Assembly (NCBI GenBank): GCA_041571435.1
Contig: JBFFUI010000005.1
Span: 26,214 to 90,213 of the forward strand
Length of the DNA: 64,000 bases
Direction of reading: 5' to 3'
From: Sulfurimonadaceae bacterium
GTDB taxonomy: Bacteria; Campylobacterota; Campylobacteria; Campylobacterales; Sulfurimonadaceae
How positions within the stretch are numbered: position 1 is the first letter of the stretch; each line of letters begins with the position of its first letter. Shown here piece by piece: positions 38,435 through 49,390 of this stretch. Under the pieces are notes generated by a model. It was not told the DNA's origin. It worked only from the letters and a program-made list of their open reading frames with translations, and ran no database searches. A program made the translations under genes and the position numbers.

Positions 38435-39205
38435 CTAATGACGCAGCAGTTTATCCATCTCAAATTCGTTATACCCTTCCACTACTCTATGGTTAATGAT
38501 CACCATCGGTATCCGTTTACCTTCATAGTGCTCAAAGAGCAATTGCCCTTCGCCGCTTGTCTCAATGTCATGTTCGGTGAATTTGACATTGTTCTTTTTC
38601 AAAAATGCTCTTGCTTTGGCACTGTACGGTGAAAGCAGTGTACTCAGAAGGATCACTTCGCGGTAGTAGGCGTTTTCAGTCTTCTCATAGTTGACAAGCC
38701 CTTTTGCAGGGTAGTAGGGTGCGATGGAATCCCACTCTTTCTTGATACGGTTATCGAGGTAGCACGAGTCCCCTTGCTGGCGATGAGCGTTGTAGTAAGT
38801 GTAGATCTTTTCTCGCATGTAGGGGCTTTTATAGTCTTCTGGGTTGTTTGTATCGATGATCGCAAGAAACGTCCGGTAATGGTCTGTTTCAATCGCGTTG
38901 GCCAGCTCGCGGTGTAGAAACTTTTGTAACTCTTCATGGGCATTCTGCAAGTTTGTCAGGGCCTTGTAATAGGCGTTTTTTATCCTCGGATCACTGTCTG
39001 ATTTCAGGGGAAGGTATTTTCCCAACACCCTGTCGCAATGTGCCTGGTATGCTAATACCTTCTGGCGTAACGGGGCATGGTAGACAAGGTTGTCAAGTAC
39101 AACGCGTGCCTTGAAAAGCGGTTCTGCAATGTCACGGTAGGGTTCCGGATAACAGCGAGCAGAAAGGGATAGGGAAAAAAGGGCCAGCAGAACAATACGC
39201 AGCAT
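38435..39205 (-). CDS. Exported protein with C-terminal glutaredoxin-like domain lacking the CxxC cysteines
   Basis: Signal peptide; SPYSAKARAFLKKNNVKFTEHDIE...IPMVIIN..VVEGY. Confidence 0.75.
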   Translation of the reverse strand: MLRIVLLALFSLSLSARCYPEPYRDIAEPLFKARVVLDNLVYHAPLRQKVLAYQAHCDRVLGKYLPLKSDSDPRIKNAYYKALTNLQNAHEELQKFLHRELANAIETDHYRTFLAIIDTNNPEDYKSPYMREKIYTYYNAHRQQGDSCYLDNRIKKEWDSIAPYYPAKGLVNYEKTENAYYREVILLSTLLSPYSAKARAFLKKNNVKFTEHDIETSGEGQLLFEHYEGKRIPMVIINHRVVEGYNEFEMDKLLRH

Positions 39206-39282
39206 GTAAATAACCTTTTTACGAGTTCTTATAACAAGTCTATAACATCTTAGCTGATAAAATTCCAAGAAAAAGAGACGTT

Positions 39283-40170
39283 TTGAAACATTATATCTCC
39301 AGCCTCGACCGCGGCGTGCTCTATATGCTGCTGGCCTCTTTTTTCTTTGCCATCATGGGCGCTTTTGCAAAACTGGCAAGCGGTTCCATGAGCTCCCTTG
39401 AGGTTGTCTTCTTTCGTAATGTCTTTGGCGTTGTGCTTGTCGGGTACGCTGTTTTGCGTCATCCGATGAAACACAGCGGCGGCAAACCTTTTTTACTTTT
39501 TTTCCGGGGGTTTATGGGCTTTACCGCGCTATTGGCTTTTTTTTACAATATTGCCCATATCCCTCTGGGTGATGCAATGACGTTTTCGAAGACCTCTCCT
39601 ATCTTCACCGCGCTCTTTGCCTGGCTTTTATTAAACGAAAAGCTGCCGCGAGTCGGATGGATAGCTGTCTTTGTCGGTTTTGTCGGTATAGTGTTCATTA
39701 CGAAGCCGACCGGTCTGATGCTCTCCAAGACCGACCTGCTCGGAATATTCAGCGGTATCGGAGCAGCGCTGGCCTACACCTCTGTCCGAGAGCTTAGAAA
39801 GTATTATGATACGCGTGCGATCGTGCTCTCTTTTATGAGTGTCGGCACCATTGGACCGCTGTTGCTGCTCATGCTGTCGTCTTTTATCCATGCACCGGAA
39901 CTTGATTTTATGCTGGGTGCGTTTGTGATGCCCAGCGGTATCGTCTGGTTCTATGTCGGTGCAATGGGGCTTTTTGCAACCCTTGCGCAGCTCTACATGA
40001 CCAAGGCGTACGGTGAGTCGCAAGCAGGCATCGTCGGGGCTGTAAGTTATACAAATATTGTCTTTTCCATCGGGCTTGGACTGCTGCTTGGCGACGCACT
40101 ACCTGACTTTATAACACTCTTTGGTATAATCTTAATAATTATCAGCGGGATTCTCGTTGTCAAAAAATAG
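39283..40170 (+). CDS. DMT/EamA family transporter
   Basis: About 10 TM segments in two repeats; upstream of kdsA as in Campylobacter. Confidence 0.9.
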   Translation: MKHYISSLDRGVLYMLLASFFFAIMGAFAKLASGSMSSLEVVFFRNVFGVVLVGYAVLRHPMKHSGGKPFLLFFRGFMGFTALLAFFYNIAHIPLGDAMTFSKTSPIFTALFAWLLLNEKLPRVGWIAVFVGFVGIVFITKPTGLMLSKTDLLGIFSGIGAALAYTSVRELRKYYDTRAIVLSFMSVGTIGPLLLLMLSSFIHAPELDFMLGAFVMPSGIVWFYVGAMGLFATLAQLYMTKAYGESQAGIVGAVSYTNIVFSIGLGLLLGDALPDFITLFGIILIIISGILVVKK

Positions 40171-40181
40171 GAGGTTCTCTT

Positions 40182-40412
40182 ATGGATGCAAATACAATGT
40201 ATTATGGCGGATTGGTGGTTATCGCGATTCTTGCCTATCTGGCGTATAACAGTAATAAAATTATCACGGCGGTGCTGCTGCTTGCTGTGGGCGGCTATTT
40301 TATCTACTCTCACAATACCGGTAAGACCATTACGGATTATAGTGAAAAAGCGGTCGAGCAGTTTGACAAAGAGACTGGATATGACAAAATGGACAAGAAG
40401 TCAGGAATTTGA
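40182..40412 (+). CDS. Small membrane protein
   Basis: RBS AGGAGG; two hydrophobic segments. Confidence 0.7.
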   Translation: MDANTMYYGGLVVIAILAYLAYNSNKIITAVLLLAVGGYFIYSHNTGKTITDYSEKAVEQFDKETGYDKMDKKSGI

Positions 40413-40452
40413 ATATGCCAATAAGGACATTGATGAAAGTGCGGACAGATAG

Positions 40453-41253
40453 ATGATATTGATGGCAGGGCCTTGTGTCATAGAGAGTGAAAAAAACATC
40501 TTTGATATCGCCAAACAACTGGAGCGTTATCAGAACGATGACCGTATCGACTTTTATTTTAAGGCCAGTTTCGACAAAGCCAACCGGACTTCGTTGGAGA
40601 GCTACCGTGGGCCGGGTCTTGAAGAGGGGCTTCGTATCCTGCAAAAGGTCAAGGATGATTTCGGATATAAAATTGTGACCGATATTCATGAGTCTTATCA
40701 GGTGAAGCCGGTGGCGGAAGTGGTGGATATCTTGCAGATACCCGCATTTTTGTGCCGTCAGACCGACCTGCTGGTGGCAGCGGCGAACACAGAACGGATC
40801 GTCAACATCAAAAAGGGGCAGTTCATGAACCCTAATGATATGAAGTACTCAGTCTTGAAAGTGCTTAAGACCCGCGGTTGTGATGAGGTCTCTTACCAAA
40901 ATGCGAAAGATAACGGTGTCCTTTTGACGGAACGCGGTTCAAGTTTCGGATACGGAAACCTGGTTGTCGATATGCGTTCACTGGTCATTATGCGCGATTT
41001 CGCTCCGGTGGTCTTTGATGCGACACATTCGGTTCAGATGCCCGGAGGCGGCGGTGGGACAACTTCAGGTGACAGTTCGATGGTGCCGCACCTTTCGCGT
41101 GCTGCGGCAGCAGTCGGTGTGGACGGTTTCTTCTTTGAGACCCATATCGATCCAAGCTGTGCGCTAAGTGACGGACCGAATATGTTAAAATTAGACGACT
41201 TATACACAACAACAGAGACAATCTTAAAAATTCAAGAAACACTAAAGGGATAA
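40453..41253 (+). CDS. kdsA: KDO8P synthase
   Basis: [36 protein letters not shown]. Confidence 0.97.
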   Translation: MILMAGPCVIESEKNIFDIAKQLERYQNDDRIDFYFKASFDKANRTSLESYRGPGLEEGLRILQKVKDDFGYKIVTDIHESYQVKPVAEVVDILQIPAFLCRQTDLLVAAANTERIVNIKKGQFMNPNDMKYSVLKVLKTRGCDEVSYQNAKDNGVLLTERGSSFGYGNLVVDMRSLVIMRDFAPVVFDATHSVQMPGGGGGTTSGDSSMVPHLSRAAAAVGVDGFFFETHIDPSCALSDGPNMLKLDDLYTTTETILKIQETLKG

Positions 41254-41256
41254 AGA

Positions 41257-41727
41257 ATGAGTTTAATCGAAGGTAAATTGAAAGTTATCAATGGCAAAAA
41301 GATCGCTATTGTAAGTACACGCTGGAACCACTTCATCGTAGACAGATTGGTCGAAGGTTCAAAAGACGCGTTCGACCGCCACGGCGGTAATGCAGAAGAC
41401 CTGGACCATGTGCTTGTACCGGGTGCATTTGAGCTGCCGATGATCGTCGACCGACTGCTTGTCAGCGGGAAGTATGATGCGATCTGTGCTTTGGGTGCTG
41501 TTATCCGCGGTGCAACACCGCACTTCGACTATGTTTCTGCAGAAGCGACAAAAGGGATCGCTTCGATGTCACTTAAGCACGGCAAACCGGTCTCATTCGG
41601 TCTCTTGACGACGGATACGATCGAGCAGGCGATCGAGCGTGCCGGTACAAAAGCTGGAAATAAAGGTTTTGAAGCGATGACGACCGTGATCGAAATGCTT
41701 GACCTATACAACGAGATCGACGCGTAA
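41257..41727 (+). CDS. ribH: Lumazine synthase
   Basis: [28 protein letters not shown]. Confidence 0.97.
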   Translation: MSLIEGKLKVINGKKIAIVSTRWNHFIVDRLVEGSKDAFDRHGGNAEDLDHVLVPGAFELPMIVDRLLVSGKYDAICALGAVIRGATPHFDYVSAEATKGIASMSLKHGKPVSFGLLTTDTIEQAIERAGTKAGNKGFEAMTTVIEMLDLYNEIDA

Positions 41728-42125
41728 TGGCGACACGCCACCACGCTCGAATGGCTGTTGTCAGCCTGTTGTATGCCTATGACCTTGGTAATCAGAGTAT
41801 TGCCGACTATACAGATGAGATCCTGGAAGATAAAAAGATCCGTAACAAGCAAAAAGAGTTTGCACTTGAGCTGTTCCGCGGTGTTATGGACAATCTTGAA
41901 GCCATTGACGCGGCGATTGTCAAACATCTGAAGGACTGGGATTTTGAACGTCTTGGCTCGGTAGAACGTGCCACATTGCGTCTGGGCGCTTATGAGATCA
42001 TGAATTCCGAGCTCGATTCTGCAGTCGTGATCAATGAAGCGATAGAGGTTTCCAAAGCCTTTGGAACGGAACAGTCTCCTAAATTTATCAATGGTGTGCT
42101 CGACGCGATCTCCAAAGACAAATAA
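41727..42125 (+). CDS. nusB: Transcription antitermination factor NusB
   Basis: RHHAR, VERATLRLG, INEAIE, FINGVLD. Confidence 0.96.
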   Translation: MATRHHARMAVVSLLYAYDLGNQSIADYTDEILEDKKIRNKQKEFALELFRGVMDNLEAIDAAIVKHLKDWDFERLGSVERATLRLGAYEIMNSELDSAVVINEAIEVSKAFGTEQSPKFINGVLDAISKDK

Positions 42126-44509
42126 TGCTTAGAGTACTGCTTGTAACGCTTTTAACCTTTGGCGCACTCTATGGTGCGAACAGCTGTCTGAAGTGCCATG
42201 AGGGCATCGAAGATATCCGCGACCCCGATTCCAAGATGATGGAAGAGATCTACAAGGTCGCAGAGAAAGCCGGCCACAAAGGCAATGACTGTATCGTCTG
42301 TCACGGGGGCAACCCGACGACGATGGTCAAAAAGCGTGCACACCATGGTACTGTCGAATACTTTCTGAATCATAAGGGTCCCAAAGCGTACTATCCTGCG
42401 CCGGGCAGCACCTGGATCAACCAAAACACTTGCGGGATGTGTCACCAGGAACAGGTCGATGCACAGATGAACTCCTTGATGATGACGGAACAGGGTAAAA
42501 TCCAAGGCGCACTCTGGAGTTTTGGTGCGAACGAGGGATATAACCACAATGTCGCGACCTACGATACCAAAAATCCTGAAGACCCGCACAAACGCCTGGG
42601 TACAGTTGCTTATAAACAGTATATGTCCGAACTTTCAGCACTTGAGCCGCAAGGTTTTCCCTCAGAGACGACAGCCCTGCCAAAGGCTCCGACAGCTGAG
42701 GAGATCGAAAAAGACCCTTCTCTGGCGGTCTATACCTACCTGCGCCAAGAGTGCCTGAGGTGCCACACCGGTTCCAAAGGACGTGAAAAACGGGGTGACT
42801 TCAGGGGCATCGGCTGTGCCTCTTGTCACATCCCTTACTCCAATAGCGGCTTTTACGAAGGCGGGGACAAACAGATCTCCAAAAAACCGGGCCATCTTCT
42901 GGTCCATACCATCCAGTCATCGCGAAAAGCAAAGGTAAAAGTACACGATATCGAGTATTCGGGTGTGCCGGTGGAGACCTGTTCGACCTGTCACAACCGT
43001 GGAAAACGTATCGGGGTCTCTTATCAGGGACTGATGGAGACGGAGTACCAGTCCACCTATGATGATGCTGGTAATGCGCAGCCTGAACTGCACACGAAGC
43101 GTTACATGCATATGCAGGAGGATATCCACTTTAAAAAAGGGATGCTCTGTCAGGATTGCCACACCTCAAACGACATGCACGGCGACGGCTTTTTGAGCGG
43201 CGCCAATCTCGGCGCGGTCGAGATCGAGTGTCAGGATTGCCACGGTACGACCTCGGCCTATCCGTGGGAACTTCCGCTTGGTTATTCGGATGAGTTTAAC
43301 GAGACAGCCAAATCCGGCGAACCGCGGGGGACGGCAACAACTATCGCCGAATACCTCAAGATGGGTTCTGTCCCGGAAGCGCCAGAGGGCTATCTGCTGA
43401 GTGCCCGCGGTAACCCTATTACCAAGGCTGTGCGCAACGGTGACAAGATCATGATGCATCTTGCATCAGGTAAAGATCTCGAACTTATCCCGCTGAAAAA
43501 ACTGAAAAAAGATAAAAAGCTCTCGCAAGAAGCGCTGGTTGCGATGGACCAGATCAAAGCCCATACCGACGAGCTGGAGTGCTATACCTGCCACGCAACA
43601 TGGGCACCGCAGTGTTACGGCTGTCACGTCAAGATCGACTACTCCGGCGGCAAGCAAAACCCTGACTATCTGGCTGCTTCACATGATCATGATATCCACG
43701 GTACGACAGGTGGCATGCGCAATTTGAAGAACTACCTTGTCGACGGCAGGGTGACGGAGACACGCTCATTTTTACGCTGGGAGGACCCGGCACTGTCGCA
43801 AAACGGCGAAGGGCGTATCTCACCAACGATCCCGGGCTGCCAGACGACCATCACCGTTATCGGAAAAGATGGCAACGCCCTGTTGCAGAACCATATCTTC
43901 AAGATCCCGAATGCTGAAGGTGCAGGTGAGGAGGGGCAGAACGCCATCGATATGTCCCCTGTTCAACCCCATACGATCTCCAAAGCGTCTCGCAGCTGCG
44001 AGTCATGCCATACCTCTGCCAAGGCGTTGGGACTGGGGATCGGCGGCGGAAAACTGAATGGGGATCCAAGTAGAGATACGATCATCGACCTGATGACGGC
44101 TGACGGCCGTATCTTGCCGAGTAATGTCGACACACAGCTGCCGCGTATTGCTAACCTTAAAAACGGTTACTCCCGTTTTATTGATGAAAATGGGACGCAG
44201 CTGCAGACGCTGGGACACCACTGGAAACTCTCTGCACCGCTCAATGAAGAGCAGCGTACCAATACGGACCGCGAAGGGATGTGTCTGTCGTGTCATAAAA
44301 CGATGCCCGACGGTGATCTGGCCGTTTCGGCGATGGTACACATTACAAAGATGGCAGGCTATGAGATCGACAAGAAAACGCACGGCTCAATCTTAAATAA
44401 ATTCCTGCTGATGGGAGCTTGGTTGCAACTCTTAGTTGGCGTTGGGCTTGGAAGTTATATTATATATAGACTCTTTTTCAAACGTAAACAACCAAGGAGA
44501 TGGCGATGA
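42125..44509 (+). CDS. Large dodecaheme c-type cytochrome with C-terminal TM anchor
   Basis: Signal peptide; 12 CxxCH motifs counted; C-terminal hydrophobic helix plus basic tail. Confidence 0.88.
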   Translation: MLRVLLVTLLTFGALYGANSCLKCHEGIEDIRDPDSKMMEEIYKVAEKAGHKGNDCIVCHGGNPTTMVKKRAHHGTVEYFLNHKGPKAYYPAPGSTWINQNTCGMCHQEQVDAQMNSLMMTEQGKIQGALWSFGANEGYNHNVATYDTKNPEDPHKRLGTVAYKQYMSELSALEPQGFPSETTALPKAPTAEEIEKDPSLAVYTYLRQECLRCHTGSKGREKRGDFRGIGCASCHIPYSNSGFYEGGDKQISKKPGHLLVHTIQSSRKAKVKVHDIEYSGVPVETCSTCHNRGKRIGVSYQGLMETEYQSTYDDAGNAQPELHTKRYMHMQEDIHFKKGMLCQDCHTSNDMHGDGFLSGANLGAVEIECQDCHGTTSAYPWELPLGYSDEFNETAKSGEPRGTATTIAEYLKMGSVPEAPEGYLLSARGNPITKAVRNGDKIMMHLASGKDLELIPLKKLKKDKKLSQEALVAMDQIKAHTDELECYTCHATWAPQCYGCHVKIDYSGGKQNPDYLAASHDHDIHGTTGGMRNLKNYLVDGRVTETRSFLRWEDPALSQNGEGRISPTIPGCQTTITVIGKDGNALLQNHIFKIPNAEGAGEEGQNAIDMSPVQPHTISKASRSCESCHTSAKALGLGIGGGKLNGDPSRDTIIDLMTADGRILPSNVDTQLPRIANLKNGYSRFIDENGTQLQTLGHHWKLSAPLNEEQRTNTDREGMCLSCHKTMPDGDLAVSAMVHITKMAGYEIDKKTHGSILNKFLLMGAWLQLLVGVGLGSYIIYRLFFKRKQPRRWR

Positions 44510-44937
44510 GAAAAATCATCCTGATCGTGGCACTAGTGGGCGGACTGTTCGCTAATGATATTATTGTCAAAAACTCAAACAAGAGTGTCGAAGCGACAAT
44601 GAACAAACTTCAGAACATTGTTACAAAAAAAGGTTTTACGGTCTATGCCGTCGTGGATCATCAGGCAGGCGCGACAAAAGTACGTATGAAGCTGCCGCCC
44701 TCTAAAGAGATTATCTTCGGAAATCCGAAAATGGGGACGATTCTGATGCAGGAGAAGATAGAAGTGGGGCTTGACCTGCCTATCCGAGTCCTGGTGTTTC
44801 AAGACGCGATGAAAAAGACAAATATCGCTTACAGAGACGGTAGATGGCTGGATGCCGAACATAACCTGACTAAGAAAAAAGTGCTTAACAAGATGAATTT
44901 TACATTAGACAATATGACAACAGAGGCAGGACGTTAA
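44506..44937 (+). CDS. DUF302 domain exported protein
   Basis: VVDHQAGA, IFGNPKMGT.LMQ, GLDLPIRVLV. Confidence 0.85.
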   Translation: MRKIILIVALVGGLFANDIIVKNSNKSVEATMNKLQNIVTKKGFTVYAVVDHQAGATKVRMKLPPSKEIIFGNPKMGTILMQEKIEVGLDLPIRVLVFQDAMKKTNIAYRDGRWLDAEHNLTKKKVLNKMNFTLDNMTTEAGR

Positions 44938-44939
44938 CA

Positions 44940-45989
44940 GTGAGTCGAATGACAAGTGAAGAGGCTTTAGACCTTATTCAAAACGCGGACCTTCTGGAAC
45001 TTGGAAAGATGGCGTCGGCGAGAAAAAAAGAGCTCCATCCTAAAGGGGTGACGACATTCATCGTCGATCGCAACATCAACTACACCAATGTCTGTTGGGT
45101 AGACTGCAAGTTCTGTGCTTTTTATCGCCATGCCAAAGAGGATGACGCGTATGTCTTGAGTCATGAAGAGATCGACCAGAAGATCGATGAACTGGTGGCG
45201 ATCGGCGGTACGCAGATTCTTTTTCAAGGCGGGGTTCACCCCAAACTCAAGATCGATTTTTATGAGGACCTTGTAGGCCATATCCATGAAAAATACCCGC
45301 AGATCACGATCCACGCCTTTTCGGCGATCGAACTGGACTACATCGCAAAGATCTCGAAGATCACAATCAAAGAGGTGCTGGAACGTTTGAAAGCAAAAGG
45401 GCTCTCTTCGATCCCGGGTGCGGGTGCGGAGATACTCAGCGACCGTGTCCGTGACATCATCGCGCCGAAAAAGCATGACTCAAAAGTATGGATCGATGTC
45501 CACCGTCAAGCCCACAAACTGGGAATTATGTCTACGGCTACGATGATGTTCGGCACGGTAGAGACCGACGAAGAGATCATTGAACACTGGAATATGGTAC
45601 GTAAGCTCCAGGATGAGACCGGCGGTTTCCGTGCCTTTATCATGTGGTCGTTCCAGGGTCAGAACACAAAGTTGATGGAGGAATTCCCCGACATCAAAAA
45701 ACCATCGTCAAACCGTTACCTGCGCTTGCTTGCAGTCTCACGCCTCTTTTTGGACAATATCCCCAACATTCAGAGCTCATGGGTGACACAGGGGCCGTAT
45801 ATCGGCCAGATGGCACTGAAATACGGTGCCAATGATCTCGGTTCGACAATGATGGAAGAGAACGTTGTCCGCAGTGCCGGAGCCGGTTTTAGAATGGCAA
45901 AAGATGAGATGGTTCGTCTTATCGCCGACATCGGCGAAACGCCGGCTATCCGTAATACGGCGTATGATACGCTGCAGACGTTCTCTTAA
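44940..45989 (+). CDS. mqnC: Dehypoxanthine futalosine cyclase (radical SAM)
   Basis: DRNINYTNVCWVDCKFCAF, QSSWVTQG, MMEENVV. Confidence 0.93.
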   Translation: MSRMTSEEALDLIQNADLLELGKMASARKKELHPKGVTTFIVDRNINYTNVCWVDCKFCAFYRHAKEDDAYVLSHEEIDQKIDELVAIGGTQILFQGGVHPKLKIDFYEDLVGHIHEKYPQITIHAFSAIELDYIAKISKITIKEVLERLKAKGLSSIPGAGAEILSDRVRDIIAPKKHDSKVWIDVHRQAHKLGIMSTATMMFGTVETDEEIIEHWNMVRKLQDETGGFRAFIMWSFQGQNTKLMEEFPDIKKPSSNRYLRLLAVSRLFLDNIPNIQSSWVTQGPYIGQMALKYGANDLGSTMMEENVVRSAGAGFRMAKDEMVRLIADIGETPAIRNTAYDTLQTFS

Positions 45990-45992
45990 AAT

Positions 45993-47294
45993 ATGACGAT
46001 GATGATTAAACATTTTCTCTTCTTACTACTTTTAATGCAAGGAAACTCTATGGCTTCGAGTATAGACTACATTACTGTCGAGGGCGTCAAAGTACCTCTT
46101 ATTCATGAAGAGGACAAGCGTCTTCCGATGGTCTCCCTTCAACTGGTCTTTCAAAAGAGTGGCTCGATCGAAGACAAAGCGCTGCCAGGTCTTGCAAAAA
46201 TGAGTGCCAAGATGATGAACGAAGGGACCTCTGCTCTCGGAAGCATCGGTTTTGCAAAAGTGCTTGACGCCAAAGCAGTTCATCTCAGTGCCCATACCGG
46301 TACTGAGACCTTTGTGATCGAACTGTCATCGCTCAAGGAGTCATTTGATTACGGACTGGACAAGTTTGCGGACCTGCTAAAAGATCCCAATCTGGACAAA
46401 GAGACCCTTGAAAAGGCAAAAGCCGTTACGATCGGCGCATTAAGCCGAAAAGAGAATGATTACGATTATGTTGCGGCCAGAGCCTTGAAAGGAGAACTTT
46501 TTAGAGGGACACTTTTGGAACATCCTTCCAGCGGTACGGTCGATGATGTCAAAAAAATCGCGATAGACGATGTAAAAGAGTTTTTACAAGAGCATCTGGT
46601 GCTATCACGTGCGGTGATGGTGATCGGCGGAGATATCTCCATGGCTGAAGCCAAAGAGAAAGCCGGCATGCTGTTAAAAAGCCTTCCGAAAGGAAAATCG
46701 AGTGATCTGCCATTTGTAGAGGTGGTCAAAACGAGTCAGGAAGAAGTACTGGAACGTGACACGGAACAGGCCTATGTCTACTTCGGCTCTCCGTACAACA
46801 TCAGAGTAGGGGATGAAGATGAACACAAGGCGCGTGTTGCGACCTATATCCTGGGTACCGGTGGTTTCGGAAGCCGGCTGATGGAAGAGATCCGGGTTAA
46901 GCGCGGACTGGCATACTCGGCCTATGCACGTGTCAACACAGCCCGCTCAAATGTCTATTTTTCAGGCTACCTGCAGACAAAGATCGAGTCGCAAAAAGAG
47001 GCTGAGGAGACGGTCAAAGAGGTGATTTCTACCTTTGTAAAAGAGGGAGTGACCCAGGCTGAACTTGACCAGGCAAAAAAGTTCCTTCTCGGTTCCGAAC
47101 CGCTCCGTGTCGAGACCCTCTCACAACGGCTTTCACGTACGTTCCAGGAGTTTTATAAAGGCCAGGAACTCGGCTCAAGTCTGAAAGAGCTTGAGAAGAT
47201 CAAGGTGTTGACACTTGCTGATCTGAACAGCTATATCCAAAAACATACCGAGATCAATGATCTTACTTTTGCTGTGGTGACAAGCCCTAAATAA
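45993..47294 (+). CDS. M16 (pitrilysin) family protein, non-catalytic type
   Basis: GLAKMSAKMMNEGT in place of HxxEH; SRLMEEIRVKRGLAYS. Confidence 0.88.
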   Translation: MTMMIKHFLFLLLLMQGNSMASSIDYITVEGVKVPLIHEEDKRLPMVSLQLVFQKSGSIEDKALPGLAKMSAKMMNEGTSALGSIGFAKVLDAKAVHLSAHTGTETFVIELSSLKESFDYGLDKFADLLKDPNLDKETLEKAKAVTIGALSRKENDYDYVAARALKGELFRGTLLEHPSSGTVDDVKKIAIDDVKEFLQEHLVLSRAVMVIGGDISMAEAKEKAGMLLKSLPKGKSSDLPFVEVVKTSQEEVLERDTEQAYVYFGSPYNIRVGDEDEHKARVATYILGTGGFGSRLMEEIRVKRGLAYSAYARVNTARSNVYFSGYLQTKIESQKEAEETVKEVISTFVKEGVTQAELDQAKKFLLGSEPLRVETLSQRLSRTFQEFYKGQELGSSLKELEKIKVLTLADLNSYIQKHTEINDLTFAVVTSPK

Positions 47295-47325
47295 CAGTTA
47301 TAGAGTCAAGAGATGATCGTGGAGA

Positions 47326-47784
47326 TTACTCTTTGATGAATTTTTGGTTCTCGGGGTTTGAGAGAAAGCTTGCCATCGAATTTTCTATACCGTTTTCACG
47401 TTTTGGGGGTTGGTTGCTTGCGGCCTCGCTAGGTGAGGCGAGATTGACGAAGATGGGGGTCTCGTCAACAATGACCTGCATGATGCTCAATAAAGGAACC
47501 TGCACAAAGCTGCCGATGTTCTCTTCGCCAAATCCCGCTTCAAAGATCAGTGCGTTGTTTTCAAGGCGGGCACTCTCAAAAGTATAGCCTGCTAAAAAGA
47601 AGAGCGTCATTGGGCGAAAGTCGCTGCGGATCTTCTCCGGAAGCTCCGGCTCGAAAGTAAGGTGCTCGATCTTGCAGAGAATACCGAAGTTTTGCTCTTG
47701 TTCAATCAGAAAGAGGAGCAATTCCTGTTTATGTTTGCTCATCAACTTCATATAGTTTTCATCTTTGATCATCTCATACAGCAT
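47326..47784 (-). CDS. Conserved hypothetical protein
   Basis: FFLAGYTFESA...FEAGFG...FLSNPEN; coupled to the upstream gene. Confidence 0.75.
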   Translation of the reverse strand: MLYEMIKDENYMKLMSKHKQELLLFLIEQEQNFGILCKIEHLTFEPELPEKIRSDFRPMTLFFLAGYTFESARLENNALIFEAGFGEENIGSFVQVPLLSIMQVIVDETPIFVNLASPSEAASNQPPKRENGIENSMASFLSNPENQKFIKE

Positions 47785-48380
47785 TATCGCCCCCCTTTTA
47801 TTGGAGAAATTATACCATCTTTGACTTTCTGAAAACCGACCATGGCGTTGAGCAGTGCAAACGTTGTGAAGTCAGAAAGGTCATCGGGTGCTATATCACT
47901 TTCTGCGATCTTCTTTTCGTCAAGTAGACGCGCTCTAGTTGTCCCTGCCAAAAGAGGGTGTTTCGGTGTCAGCCACCGTCTGCCGTCAAAAAATGCGATG
48001 TTGGCGATCGAGGTGTCGGTGATAAGGCCGTTTTGGACGATAAGAATATCGTCGGCAGCCCCGCGTTGTGCAAACAGGAGATCAAGTTCTGTGCGATCTG
48101 CATATTTCAGAGCATAATCAAGTGTGTCAGCCTGAATAAGTTGAAGTGTTTGGACCGATTTAGTCTGATAGGGGATATATTCGACAATTGTAGAGGTCGC
48201 ATCATAGATAACCCTGCATCGGTAAAGGGCAGTGTCCGGCGGCATGATCAGAGAAGCGAGGTCAAGATGAAGTGCATAACCCAACTGCCTGAGGCTTCTA
48301 TCTACTCTCTGTTGATGGTACGCAAGGTGAGCAGGCTGGCCTTGTTCACAGCGAATGGTCTCGAGAAGCTTTTTACTCAC
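47784..48380 (-). CDS. Aminotransferase class IV / aminodeoxychorismate lyase-like
   Basis: [30 protein letters not shown]. Confidence 0.85.
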   Translation of the reverse strand: MSKKLLETIRCEQGQPAHLAYHQQRVDRSLRQLGYALHLDLASLIMPPDTALYRCRVIYDATSTIVEYIPYQTKSVQTLQLIQADTLDYALKYADRTELDLLFAQRGAADDILIVQNGLITDTSIANIAFFDGRRWLTPKHPLLAGTTRARLLDEKKIAESDIAPDDLSDFTTFALLNAMVGFQKVKDGIISPIKGGR

Positions 48381-49296
48381 TAAACAGCGCAGTACTCAGG
48401 TAACGTTCACCCGTATCGCAGAGGATGGTAACGATGGTCTTGCCCTGGTTCTCAGGACGAGCTGCGACCTGCATCGCGGCATAGACGTTGGCTCCGGCCG
48501 AGATACCGACAAGAAGTCCTTCGTGTCGCGCTAACATTTTGGCGGTGTTGATGGCGTCGTCATTACTGACTTTGATCACTTCACCGTAGATGTTCGTGTC
48601 GAGAACCTTCGGTACGAACCCGGCGCCGATCCCCTGTATTTTGTGCGGGCCGGGTTTACCTCCGGAGAGAATAGCCGAGTCCTCAGGTTCAACGGCAACG
48701 ATCTGAATGGCGGGGATCTCCTCTTTCAATATCGTGCCGGTCCCCGTCAAGGTGCCCCCGGTTCCGACTGCAGCGACAAAGATATCCACATTCTTGTCGG
48801 TGTCACGAAGGATCTCTTTTGCCGTTGTCAGTCGATGGACCTCCGGGTTGGCCGGGTTCTGGAACTGCTGCAAAATGATAGCATCGTCAAGGCTCTCTTT
48901 AAGCTCTTCGGCCTTGTCGATCGCCCCTTTCATCCCTGCAGCAGCCGGGGTCAGTACAAGCTCAGCACCGAGCGCTTTAAGCAGGTTCCGGCGTTCCATA
49001 CTCATGGACTCAGGCATGGTAAGTGTCAGATGAAGACCCAGTGCCGCACAGATCGAAGCGAGCGCGATTCCGGTGTTACCGCTTGTCGGTTCGATGATGC
49101 AGGTCTCATTTTTGATCAACCCTTTGTCCATGGCATCTTTGATCATGTTGAACCCGATGCGGTCTTTGACTGAACTGGTTGGGTTCATAAACTCACATTT
49201 CCCCAGGATAGTGGCACCCGTTTCCTGCGAAGGAAAGTTGAGTTTGACAAGAGGGGTGTTTCCGATGAGTTCGGTAATATTGTTGGCGACATTCAT
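48373..49296 (-). CDS. cysK: Cysteine synthase A
   Basis: [26 protein letters not shown]. Confidence 0.96.
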   Translation of the reverse strand: MNVANNITELIGNTPLVKLNFPSQETGATILGKCEFMNPTSSVKDRIGFNMIKDAMDKGLIKNETCIIEPTSGNTGIALASICAALGLHLTLTMPESMSMERRNLLKALGAELVLTPAAAGMKGAIDKAEELKESLDDAIILQQFQNPANPEVHRLTTAKEILRDTDKNVDIFVAAVGTGGTLTGTGTILKEEIPAIQIVAVEPEDSAILSGGKPGPHKIQGIGAGFVPKVLDTNIYGEVIKVSNDDAINTAKMLARHEGLLVGISAGANVYAAMQVAARPENQGKTIVTILCDTGERYLSTALFSE

Positions 49297-49390
49297 ACGA
49301 TGACTCCTTGGTGATTTCTCTTTGTATTGTCTATATAGTAGTTGTATGTAGGTTAAAGTTGCGTAAAGCTGAGTAAAACACTAGGGTAGT

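Noticed and set aside
45993-47294. M16 peptidase lacking HxxEH as a pseudogene or novelty
   Set aside because: Non-catalytic M16B subunits are common and the ORF is intact
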